From: Candidatus Nomurabacteria bacterium
Lineage (GTDB): Bacteria > Patescibacteriota > Minisyncoccia > Phycocordibacterales > UBA9973
Assembly (NCBI GenBank): GCA_026395965.1
Contig: JAPLXS010000006.1
Location: forward strand, 184,683 to 231,164
Direction of reading: 5' to 3'
Length of the DNA stretch: 46,482 nt
Shown here: piece after piece, positions 10,220-19,178 of the stretch
Layout: every line of letters begins with the position of its first letter
How positions within the stretch are numbered: position 1 is the first letter of the stretch
Translations under genes and position numbers: made by a program
The notes under the pieces: model-generated
The model's database searches: none
What the model saw: only the letters and a program-made list of their open reading frames with translations
Told to the model about the DNA's origin: nothing

Positions 10220-10573
10220 CTAGACTCTACCGTATTTATCTTCATATCTAGTTATATCTTCTTCATCAAATTCTCCTAGTGCTATCTCGAGTATTTCCAT
10301 ACCATTATCTCCGGCTTTCATTGTGTGTTTTGTTTCAACAGGGACAAATTGCTCGCTTCCTATTTCAACATCATATCTTTCATTTCCTATTTGAAACATA
10401 CCACTCCCACCAACAACACGCCAAAACTCTTCTCTTTTCTTGTGGCTTTGCAAACTAAGTTGTTCATTTGGTTTTACTGAAATTATTTTTACAGTAGAGA
10501 GAGTATTGTGTGTAAATCTACGAAAAAAACCCCATGGTCTTTCTTCTTGGTAAATTTTAAGATTATCATTCAT
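10220..10573 (-). CDS. Mannose-6-phosphate isomerase type II C-terminal cupin domain protein
   Basis: ERPWG, LSLQSH..REEFW, E.DI.RYEDKYGR; start moved to ATG 10573, 7 nt after TATACT. Confidence 0.85.
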   Translation of the reverse strand: MNDNLKIYQEERPWGFFRRFTHNTLSTVKIISVKPNEQLSLQSHKKREEFWRVVGGSGMFQIGNERYDVEIGSEQFVPVETKHTMKAGDNGMEILEIALGEFDEEDITRYEDKYGRV

Positions 10574-10669
10574 TATTTTGAGTATAACACACATTTATAA
10601 TTTTATATGTCAACAATTAATTTATAAGCCCCATAATTTATTATGCGGGTCATTAATTTTAATTAAAAA

Positions 10670-11449
10670 CTATAAACCTATCCAGTTTTTAATTATTTCT
10701 TTTGATTCTATTGGTCCAGAAACTTTTATACTTTCTATCCCAGCTTCATATACTGAATAATCATTTCCTCCTGGAAAGATAGCATCGCCCATAAAAATCA
10801 TATCCTCTTTGGTCATTTCAAGTTTATTAAGCAATCTAATGAGACCCTTTGCTTTATCAAAACCCTTTGGAAGTATATCTAGGGATGTTGTACCACCTAT
10901 TATAATACTTACATCTGGTAGTTCTGACTCTAATAATCTTTTGATCTCTTGTCGTTTTACTTGCTCTGGGTCCCATAGTTTTTTTAATTCTATTGGAGCA
11001 TGTTGCCCAAGGGCCGACATTGTAATCTGAGTGAGACGATCTTCTATAACCATATCTCCTTCTACCACACTACCTATATCATAATTGCTTGAGGATATTA
11101 TATTATTTAGTGACTTTATAACATCGTTTTTTACCCCTTCAGGAAATTCTTTAATATCTGTCATTATCCAATCCTTGGATTTTTCATCATATTGGTATCG
11201 CTGACTTCCACTAGTGGAAAGTAATATTAGGTTTTTATATACAATAAATTCATCATTATCAGATATTTTTAAAAAAGGTAGGAATTGTTTTTTAAATTGT
11301 TCAAATGAACCACCAGTAATAATAACAACTATTTTTTCTTTAGCCAAAAGACATATCAATTCTGACATATCACCCTCTAAATGCTGTTTGCTCTCAGCTA
11401 AAGTTCCGTCGAGGTCAAAAGCTATAATTTTTTTATTTATTTTAATCAT
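10670..11449 (-). CDS. HAD-IIB phosphomannomutase (eukaryotic PMM-like)
   Basis: FDLDGT, TGG, IEDR, GG.TS.D, DKA, GD..FPGGNDY motifs. Confidence 0.82.
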   Translation of the reverse strand: MIKINKKIIAFDLDGTLAESKQHLEGDMSELICLLAKEKIVVIITGGSFEQFKKQFLPFLKISDNDEFIVYKNLILLSTSGSQRYQYDEKSKDWIMTDIKEFPEGVKNDVIKSLNNIISSSNYDIGSVVEGDMVIEDRLTQITMSALGQHAPIELKKLWDPEQVKRQEIKRLLESELPDVSIIIGGTTSLDILPKGFDKAKGLIRLLNKLEMTKEDMIFMGDAIFPGGNDYSVYEAGIESIKVSGPIESKEIIKNWIGL

Positions 11450-12086
11450 TTTTTATTTGAATTTTAAAAGTCCAATAAAATATCAATAAAAAAGAAAAAA
11501 TAAGACCTGTGTAAAAATAAAATCCGTTGTAAGCAGATGAGTCAGTCAAAATTTTCCATATACTTATAACCAGTGATTTATTATTTACAAATACATCCCA
11601 ACTATTAAAGCGCAAGAATCTACCTAGGTAAACACCAAAACTAACAAGCATTATAACAAAACCTATTATAATAGATGTAACTTTATTTGAATATTTATTT
11701 TTTATAATTTGCTCAATTTGAAACAAAGAATAAAAAAAGAATATCAACCCAATAAGCGCTGAACTAAAAATAAGCAATATATCAAATATGAGAGGAATAG
11801 ACCGAGTAGAACCAAGATGAATAAAATCAGTAATTATATATGGTGCATTAGGAATAAATAAAAGCCATAGAAATAAGCCGAAAAAGAGTATTATTTTATT
11901 AAATTTTTCCTTTTTTGAATACAACAACAAAAGAGAACTTATAACAAAAGGTATAAATGCAAGAAATATATTCCACAAAATAAAAATTAAGGATACTTTA
12001 CCCCAAAAAATAACTCTTAAAATGTTGAGAATAATTACAAATAAAACAATGGGAATAATTGATTTTGGAATTTTAATATTAAACAT
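11442..12086 (-). CDS. DUF1361 membrane protein
   Basis: WNIFLA.IP, WLLF.PNAPYIITD..HL, GVYLGRFLRFNSWD. Confidence 0.8.
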   Translation of the reverse strand: MFNIKIPKSIIPIVLFVIILNILRVIFWGKVSLIFILWNIFLAFIPFVISSLLLLYSKKEKFNKIILFFGLFLWLLFIPNAPYIITDFIHLGSTRSIPLIFDILLIFSSALIGLIFFFYSLFQIEQIIKNKYSNKVTSIIIGFVIMLVSFGVYLGRFLRFNSWDVFVNNKSLVISIWKILTDSSAYNGFYFYTGLIFSFLLIFYWTFKIQIKND

Positions 12087-12090
12087 AAGT

Positions 12091-12573
12091 CTACTTTTTT
12101 GTTTTTATTTTTTGGGAATAATTTTTTATTAATTCAGAAGAACTTCTAACTTTGCCACCCTTACCTACATTAAATACCATTTCTATCCCCAATTTATTAC
12201 AAAGCTGGAATTCTGGTATATTGTCTGCAAACCTATCTCCTCCATTTGCAAAAATATTGGGTTTAATTTTTTTGATTTCTTCACATACACTCATGTCTTT
12301 GGTGTTTTTACTGTGACCAGATATAACTACTTTATCTACGCAACTAAGTGCTTCTATTATTTCGCGTCTTTCTTTTTCTGGCATAAATTCTGAGCCTTTT
12401 TTAAGATGAATCCAGTTATCATTGTTTATAACAACAACTAAAATATCACCGAGTTTTTTTGATTCTTGCATATAGCGAACATGGCCTATATGAATTGGGT
12501 CAAATCCCCCGCTGATCATAACTATCTTTTTATTTTTCTTAATAGTTTTTGTATTTTTTATAACTTTTTTCAT
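12091..12573 (-). CDS. Cytidylyltransferase-family protein (TagD/RfaE/RibL-like)
   Basis: SGGFDPIHIGH (HIGH) motif, C-terminal RSSS; likely start MKKVIK at 12573. Confidence 0.82.
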   Translation of the reverse strand: MKKVIKNTKTIKKNKKIVMISGGFDPIHIGHVRYMQESKKLGDILVVVINNDNWIHLKKGSEFMPEKERREIIEALSCVDKVVISGHSKNTKDMSVCEEIKKIKPNIFANGGDRFADNIPEFQLCNKLGIEMVFNVGKGGKVRSSSELIKNYSQKIKTKK

Positions 12574-12649
12574 ATTATATATGTATATGATACTTCTTAA
12601 ATCAAATAAGTACAATAAGAAAAAATGAGGTATAAAATATCAAAATATT

Positions 12650-13777
12650 CTATTTCTTTTTCAAATTTATTAAAACAATCTCACTTTGTGTTCCGATTCT
12701 TTGTGGTGGACCCCAAGTTCCCACTCCACTTGAAGTAATCACAGACATTTGGTTTAAGTAATTTAATCCATAGGAAAATTCTTTAAATATCTTTCGGGCA
12801 AGCAACGGACCTGGCCATACTTGACCATTATGAACGTGACCTGACAAAACAAGATCAAAACCTGAATTTTCAACAACAGGAAGATTATTTGGAGCATGTT
12901 TAATTAAAATTTTTGGTATATCTTTTACTATATTTAAACTTTTTAAAGTACTAGCAAGCAGTGTGTTGTTTGATCCTGTTGTATAATCAACTCCCACGAT
13001 TTGTAGACCGTCTACGTCAACAATCTTATTTGAGAGAATAACAACTCCTGCCGAAGAAAGAGACGAATTAAATTCTGAAATATTACCATAGTCCTCGTGA
13101 TTTCCTGGAGCGAAATATATCCCCTTTTCTGTGTGAATATCTTTCAAAGACATTGCTATCTCTTTACTGTTAGTTTTGGGTCCATCAAAATAATCTCCTG
13201 CTATAACAACAAGCTCTGGGTTTTGTTCATTTATTTTTTTAACAAGTTTTTTGGCAAAATTAAGGTTGCGTATATTTCCAAAATGAGAGTCTGAAAACAT
13301 TAAAATATTTTTATTATTCCAACTTTCTGGTAAATTATTTATAAATACAGTGTATTTAGTAGTTCTAATTTGATATGAATTAATTAAACCATATACACTA
13401 AAACCAATAGCAATAATATATAAAAATATACCAATTATACGAAAGACCATAGGTGACCAGCCAAAAAATGAATTAATTCCAAAAATTATTAAAATAATCA
13501 CGCTAGCCAAAAATAGAAAATACAAAGTTCCTAACCAGATTGCACTTCCTTCGTAAAAAATTAACCCTATTTTTGTATAATTTAATTGAGTAAAGAGAGT
13601 CGCGGTGATAAAACTAACCGCTCCAATTGATAACAAAATTCTTAGGGTATTGATAAAACGAATATTTGTAATATTAAAAACAATTAAAATACTTTTATAA
13701 ACAACAAAATGCCCCAAGCCAATAAGAGTAAATACAGTTAGTGCAAAAAAAATAAAAGGAAATAAAATAATTTTCAT
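12650..13777 (-). CDS. Membrane-bound metallophosphoesterase (YkuE-like)
   Basis: N-terminal TMs; SDSH, GD..D, GNHE, H, GHVH motifs. Confidence 0.88.
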   Translation of the reverse strand: MKIILFPFIFFALTVFTLIGLGHFVVYKSILIVFNITNIRFINTLRILLSIGAVSFITATLFTQLNYTKIGLIFYEGSAIWLGTLYFLFLASVIILIIFGINSFFGWSPMVFRIIGIFLYIIAIGFSVYGLINSYQIRTTKYTVFINNLPESWNNKNILMFSDSHFGNIRNLNFAKKLVKKINEQNPELVVIAGDYFDGPKTNSKEIAMSLKDIHTEKGIYFAPGNHEDYGNISEFNSSLSSAGVVILSNKIVDVDGLQIVGVDYTTGSNNTLLASTLKSLNIVKDIPKILIKHAPNNLPVVENSGFDLVLSGHVHNGQVWPGPLLARKIFKEFSYGLNYLNQMSVITSSGVGTWGPPQRIGTQSEIVLINLKKK

Positions 13778-13815
13778 AATTTATATTATAACAGCTAAAA
13801 CCATGTTAGGATATC

Positions 13816-13864
13816 AAAAAATAACCTTTTGTTTATAAGATTAAAATGCTGGATGCCTATACTC
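13816..13864. repeat. Degenerate direct repeat, copy A (att-like)
   Basis: AAAAAATAACC...TTTATA...AAAATGCTGGATGCCTATACTC; matches 16002-16051. Confidence 0.6.
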
Positions 13865-13996
13865 TTATGTTTAAAAGAGATACCCAAAGATTCTTGTAAC
13901 ACTGTTGATTATTGATAAAATATTTTAAAATAAATCTCAGTCAATTTTTTTATACATTAAATTAAAAAATTAACTACTACTACTACTTAAAAATAC

Positions 13997-14680
13997 TCAT
14001 GTCTCAATATTTTTCTTGCACCTTGTTAGAACATTAGAAATGTTATCAAATAAATTAAAACAGTCATCTAAATTATTTAAATGACTAGAATCAATTAAGA
14101 AATCTAATACTCCCGAAGTAAATAATTTTTGATTGACTTCTTCCTGGGTCAAATTTTTTAGAGAATCATTATTTTCTTTATTTTCCAATATCAATATACT
14201 TTTTGATATCCTTAAAAAATATTTTTTTAAATATTTTAATTTTTCATCTTGACCAACTGATGATATAAAATATTTTTTTCTAACCATCTGAATTCTTTCT
14301 ATGGATCGTATTAACATACTTTGCTTATATTGATATGCATTAATATTTAAAAATTCATTTTTAAATATATTATTTCCAAAAATACACATCCCTTCATTCG
14401 CGAGATACTCTAATATAAACTCTCTACTATAGAATGATAGACCTTGAGATATTTCTTCTTGCGAATATGTATGAATATCAAGTTTGTTAAAGACATTTGA
14501 AAATAATTTAAAAATTTCATTCAACGTTGAATCTACTTTTTTTACAACTATTATCACATCGAGATCATCTGCTTTGTAATCATCTTTTAAGATTGAACCA
14601 TAAATCAAAACACAAACTAAATTATTTTTACACGAGATTAAAGATATATCTTTTTTCAGCGATAATAATTCTTTTCTCAT
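13997..14680 (-). CDS. Pol-beta-superfamily nucleotidyltransferase domain protein
   Basis: YGS-x9-DLDVIIVV motif and helical C-terminal domain. Confidence 0.65.
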   Translation of the reverse strand: MRKELLSLKKDISLISCKNNLVCVLIYGSILKDDYKADDLDVIIVVKKVDSTLNEIFKLFSNVFNKLDIHTYSQEEISQGLSFYSREFILEYLANEGMCIFGNNIFKNEFLNINAYQYKQSMLIRSIERIQMVRKKYFISSVGQDEKLKYLKKYFLRISKSILILENKENNDSLKNLTQEEVNQKLFTSGVLDFLIDSSHLNNLDDCFNLFDNISNVLTRCKKNIET

Positions 14681-14681
14681 T

Positions 14682-15533
14682 TTAATTATTTTTTTTAAAA
14701 AAACTAATTTCTCTTTCTAGTACTGTCATTAAATCTTTATCTCCTAAATTTGTAATATCTATAGGAGCATAAGCTGTGTCTTTTAAAATACTGGTCCTAC
14801 TCTCAAATATTTCAGATAGTCTATTTGGTATTTCTCCTTCTTTTATAATTACTCCTTCATCTTTAATTTTTTTAGCCAAAATACTCAATCCTCTAAATAT
14901 CTCATAAACAAAACTGTGCGAGATTATAACAACTTCCGTAGATAAATTTATCTTTTCTATTTTTTTACTTGTTTTAGTTACTGAAGTCAATAATCTAATC
15001 ATTGATTCAGCATATGATTCACCATATTTATTAAAATATGCTACAAGTTCTGGATGTTTATAATTTCCATTATCTTGTAACACTGGGTCACCATATTTAT
15101 AATGTACATTTTTGTCTTCTTTTTTTAATGATTCATTATAAAAAATATCAGATGCAATTTTTAACCCCTCGAAATAAGAACCCGCCTTGTAATCTTCTGG
15201 TAAAATAAATTCACCTTGCTCTGGTGCTTTTAAATTATCTTCTATATCAAATCTAATTTTTATATCCTCACATTCTAATCTTTTTTTAATTTCAATAGCT
15301 ACTAAATCTGCAGTTTCTTTTGCTCTTATTCTTGAAGAAGTAACAAGCAAAACTGCTTTTTTATTTGATTTATGCACTTTATCTACAATAGCATTCACAA
15401 CTATTTCTAAATCTTTTTTGTTTCTTTCAGAATTTTCTAGCGGGGCATCTCTCCCATACTTTTCTAAATCATCTATATCATCAAGATGACTAGCAAACAA
15501 TATTTCTTGTTTTTTTGATGGAAATTTTTCCAT
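14682..15533 (-). CDS. Divergent histidine-phosphatase-superfamily protein
   Basis: ILFASH (cf. RHG), TSS..RAKETA (cf. SP..RA.ET), GES....R, VVIISH. Confidence 0.55.
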   Translation of the reverse strand: MEKFPSKKQEILFASHLDDIDDLEKYGRDAPLENSERNKKDLEIVVNAIVDKVHKSNKKAVLLVTSSRIRAKETADLVAIEIKKRLECEDIKIRFDIEDNLKAPEQGEFILPEDYKAGSYFEGLKIASDIFYNESLKKEDKNVHYKYGDPVLQDNGNYKHPELVAYFNKYGESYAESMIRLLTSVTKTSKKIEKINLSTEVVIISHSFVYEIFRGLSILAKKIKDEGVIIKEGEIPNRLSEIFESRTSILKDTAYAPIDITNLGDKDLMTVLEREISFFKKNN

Positions 15534-15962
15534 TTAATTTTGAATTATATGTTTAAATAAAGTATCTTTATCATTTAAAATTTTAACCATCGAGCTTGGC
15601 CTTACATCAAAATTGTTAATGTCATCTAATTTAACTTCAATAAAACCCTTTGGGATATCACCTTCGAAGATATTATTTACAATATAAACAAAACAAATCT
15701 CATGTGTTTTTTTATTTGATTTACTGTATAAATTTTCCATAATAGAACATAATTTAATATCATCAACTTTTAACCCTATTTCTTCCATAACTTCTCTTTT
15801 AATTGCTTCTTCTGAATTTTCGTTTAATTTTATCTTTCCACCTATAGTAAAAATATACCCTCCGTCTTTACTTTGTTCAAACAAAAGTCCATTTTTAGTT
15901 TTTATAAAACCAGCAACTCTAATATAAAGAGTTGTATCTTGAATTGGTATTGATAGGTCCAT
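15534..15962 (-). CDS. NUDIX hydrolase
   Basis: Nudix box GGKIKLNENSEEAIKREVMEEIG. Confidence 0.88.
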   Translation of the reverse strand: MDLSIPIQDTTLYIRVAGFIKTKNGLLFEQSKDGGYIFTIGGKIKLNENSEEAIKREVMEEIGLKVDDIKLCSIMENLYSKSNKKTHEICFVYIVNNIFEGDIPKGFIEVKLDDINNFDVRPSSMVKILNDKDTLFKHIIQN

Positions 15963-16001
15963 TTTTTTATTGTATCATGATGCTAATCTTAATGGAAATG
16001 T

Positions 16002-16051
16002 AAAAAATAACCATTAATTTATATGGGTGAAAATGCTGGGTGCCTACACTC
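16002..16051. repeat. Degenerate direct repeat, copy B, containing 11 bp of the tRNA-His 3' end
   Basis: GGGTGCCTACA at 16038-16048 is identical to 19008-19018. Confidence 0.6.
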
Positions 16052-16116
16052 GTAGAACTTCGACTCTCATTTTTAAAGGATGTAGATTATCTTAACCTAA
16101 TTGATTCATAATCTAT

Positions 16117-16892
16117 TTATTTACCATGACATTTCTTATATTTTAAAATACTTCCACACGAACATTTCTCATTTCTACCAACTTTTTTGGTTTTATTTTC
16201 TTCTTCACTATATAAAACAGATATACCCATCCCCCCAATGGTTATTCCATTATTTCCTATAACCATTTTCTTTGTATAATTAGGAATAAGTGTTTTTAAT
16301 ATTTCATGAGAAATTTGTCTAACAGTAGCTAATTCAATTCCATTTAAATCTTCTATTTTTGAATCGTTTTTACTTACTTTCCAGCCCATAGTATTTTCTC
16401 TTATTAAAGAAGCGTATTTTTTATCAATAGATGGACCGATGTGAGCTCCCCATCTTGATTTGTTATCTTTAGAATTAAATATTCTCTAGTAAAACATTCT
16501 TTTTTAGAATCTTTAATAATTATTCTTTGCCAATAATCATTAAATGGAACCAATCCAAAAAAACTTGCTGGTATTTCATCTAAATATGGAGTATAACTTG
16601 AATTATCTCCTAAGGAAATACCTACAATTCCAACAAAACTTCCAATATACCCCTTACTAAAAAAATCATCATTAGTACATGAATCAAAAAACATAATCTT
16701 TTTCATGTTTAATTGAGACAATAATGAGTGTGAATTTTCTGTATCATGCAACAAAACTCTAATAACTGTAGCCATTTACTTAGCTACAAAAGTTTTACCA
16801 TCATCATATGAATCACATAAAAATTGAAGTGATTCAAGTTCTTCATATAAGTATTTCTTTAAGTTTTCTTCTGTTTGTTTTGTTTTAATCAT
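16117..16892 (-). pseudogene. Disrupted SEC-C motif-containing protein
   Basis: ATG 16892; in-frame TAA at 16776-16778 just before the 123-aa ORF; adding one G near 16449 gives NQDGGAHIGPSIDKKYASLIRENTMGW and joins the 90-aa ORF ending GRNEKCSCGSILKYKKCHGK. Confidence 0.8.
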
Positions 16893-16921
16893 TTAGAATA
16901 TGTATTCCTAAACAAACACGG

Positions 16922-17980
16922 CTATGTTTTTGAAAGTCTTCTAAGTAATCCTTTGTATTTATGTATGAATTCACTACTCGTAAATTCGGCATCTTCATAA
17001 AAAACATTACTGTCAATTCCATGTTCTGAGGTCAAGAGTAAATCTTCTCTTATTGATTTAATAAGTTTTTTGCTTACTTCGTTTCCATCAGAAATTGTTG
17101 AACCTATAGATTCTTTAGACATATAAGACTTTTCTCTTTGAATACCCAAAAATTTAACTTTTTCTATTCTCTGTATCCTACCATTATCTAAAATAATACA
17201 ATTAAATTTAACAAGAATTCTTTTGAATTTTCTTAATGTTATTTGTCTTTCACCTTTTGAAATCTTTTTGCTAAATCTTTTAACCCAAGAAGATAATTCA
17301 AATATTTCAGCATCAGCATAACGATGATATTCATCAACTAAATTATGGCTTGCTAAATCAATTGATATTCTAAATAACTCTGGTTCATCACAAGTTAGAT
17401 TGTAATGATGCTTATCTAAAAATACCAACATTGAAACTATTGATGTTCTCTTGTTCCCATTATGGAAAGCATGATTATTGGAAATTGCATACATTAATGC
17501 AGCCGAAGAGGTTTGAACTGTTGGGTATTTCAATTTTCCCTCAAATGACGTTTGAGGGTGAAATAATGCACTATCTAATAAATCGTGGTCTCTAATACCC
17601 ACTGGATAAATCGGGTCATCCTGTGTTGTTAAATCTGCTGTTAATTCTTCGTATATTGTCATAATTTCAGGTTTAGTAATATAATTCTCAATATTTACTG
17701 GTTCGCCAACAGATGAAAATTTATAATCTTTGTATATTATCTTTACCTGTTCTACTTCTTTTTGATTATTTTTAACTTGAACCTTATCTTTCTTAATGGA
17801 AGGAACAACTATGTCTTTAATAAACTTGAGGTCTTCATTTTTTACAACACTATGTTCATTTTTTAGATAATTAAATTTATGTTTTTTATCATAATAAATC
17901 CAAAGAAAAAGGAGAATCTCATCTGGGTCCACCTTGTAATTTTTAGCTATAATTTTTACTGACCTCTTGTATGCTTTCAT
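16922..17980 (-). CDS. Fic/Doc (death-on-curing) family protein with extra N- and C-terminal domains
   Basis: HAFHNGNKRT Doc-type Fic motif, GIRD..LL.SA; probable start MKAYK at 17980. Confidence 0.85.
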   Translation of the reverse strand: MKAYKRSVKIIAKNYKVDPDEILLFLWIYYDKKHKFNYLKNEHSVVKNEDLKFIKDIVVPSIKKDKVQVKNNQKEVEQVKIIYKDYKFSSVGEPVNIENYITKPEIMTIYEELTADLTTQDDPIYPVGIRDHDLLDSALFHPQTSFEGKLKYPTVQTSSAALMYAISNNHAFHNGNKRTSIVSMLVFLDKHHYNLTCDEPELFRISIDLASHNLVDEYHRYADAEIFELSSWVKRFSKKISKGERQITLRKFKRILVKFNCIILDNGRIQRIEKVKFLGIQREKSYMSKESIGSTISDGNEVSKKLIKSIREDLLLTSEHGIDSNVFYEDAEFTSSEFIHKYKGLLRRLSKT

Positions 17981-18256
17981 ATTATATTCGACAGTATACA
18001 ATTGTAATGTGATTACAGCAAATAAAAAAAGTTTCATTTACTATCTTTAGACTTTTATGCCTAAAAGAGATAAATTACCCTATCCTTATTAACACTAATG
18101 TTTAGTATAGTATCTATATATAATACGAAGCTACTTAGCCCGATAATTAATAGTGCAAATGTGACAAAAAAATATGCAGGATTTTTTTCACATTAAGTGC
18201 AATTTATTCCATTACTAATAATGGATATTTTTTATGAAATATAATTGACAGTACAA

Positions 18257-18679
18257 TTAATTAATTGGTTGTTCGGGTTGTGGTGTAGTCGAAGCAGGTG
18301 ATAATGGTTGAAGTGGTTGTGTATTTGGGTTAGGTCCATATTTATTTTCCCCAGGATTACTATCTGAAACAGTAAGTATAAAAATCCAAATAGCACCTAC
18401 AAGAGGAATTAATGATAAAAATAGCATCCATCCACTTTTACCAACATCATGAAGTCTTCTAACTGCAACAGCAATACTTGGTAAAAGTATTGCTAAATAA
18501 TAAATTGTAAACAATAAACCATAACTGTTAAATATTTTGGGTGTTCCAATCATTGAATCGAGGGTAGATACCGCAATTGAAAAAAGAAAAGTAAATAAAA
18601 CAAAATACCAGTATTCTGACCTTGTTGCTCTGCCACTAAAAATAGTATATTTCTTTAAAGCACTTATAAAATAATCCAT
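18257..18679 (-). CDS. DUF805 (YhaH/YhaI-like) membrane protein
   Basis: FSGRATRSEYW, AVAVRRLHD.GKSGW, GENKYGP.P. Confidence 0.9.
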   Translation of the reverse strand: MDYFISALKKYTIFSGRATRSEYWYFVLFTFLFSIAVSTLDSMIGTPKIFNSYGLLFTIYYLAILLPSIAVAVRRLHDVGKSGWMLFLSLIPLVGAIWIFILTVSDSNPGENKYGPNPNTQPLQPLSPASTTPQPEQPIN

Positions 18680-18822
18680 ATATTAAAATAAAATTAAGAC
18701 TTTATTAATAATTTATATTATACCACGTATAATTTTTATAAATTATACAAACATGTTCATTAACCAAAATTATTTAAAATGTAAGTATGTCGGTATATAA
18801 ACAAACCCTTGATTCGGGGGGG

Positions 18823-19005
18823 GGTTGCCTACAGGGACCGCGAGTACACTTTTTGAATCTTACAGATTCTGTACACCTTTCGCGTATTTTGAAATTAACA
18901 TTTCAAAATCCAGGCTCAAGGTTTTCAAATCTCTGACGCGACTAAAGCAGTTTAGTCGCTTAGGACCCCATATTAAAAAAGACCGCTAATGCGGCTTTTT
19001 TAATA
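18823..19005 (-). repeat. tRNA-matched structured 3' element (His copy)
   Basis: Hairpin, TGGGGTCCTA[25-nt hairpin, CTGC loop]CAGAGATTTGAA, ACCTT..AAGGTGTACAGAATCTGTAAGATTCAAA[AAGTGTACTCGCGG]TCCCTGTAGGCA. Confidence 0.85.
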
Positions 19006-19081
19006 TGGGGTGCCTACAGGGATTTGAACCCTGACTGAGAGTTCCACAAACTCTAGTGCTAACCGTTACACTATAGGCACC
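19006..19081 (-). tRNA. tRNA-His(GTG)
   Basis: Cloverleaf with G-1, anticodon arm AGAGT-TTGTGGA-ACTCT, T arm GGTTCAAATCC, encoded CCA. Confidence 0.96.
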
Positions 19082-19178
19082 ATAATTTACTCTATTTATA
19101 TATTAGAGTTATTACACATTTATACCAGAAAACTGACTATAAATCTAGGGCTAGTCTTAAGTATGATTTTATAAATAA

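Noticed and set aside
13800-19000. Prophage, integron or IS
   Set aside because: No integrase, transposase or phage structural gene recognised, and no clear attC structure.
18823-19005. tRNA-linked elements read as intron-containing or split tRNA genes
   Set aside because: They lack D and anticodon arms, the neighbouring tRNAs are intact, and no group I core or clear bulge-helix-bulge is visible.
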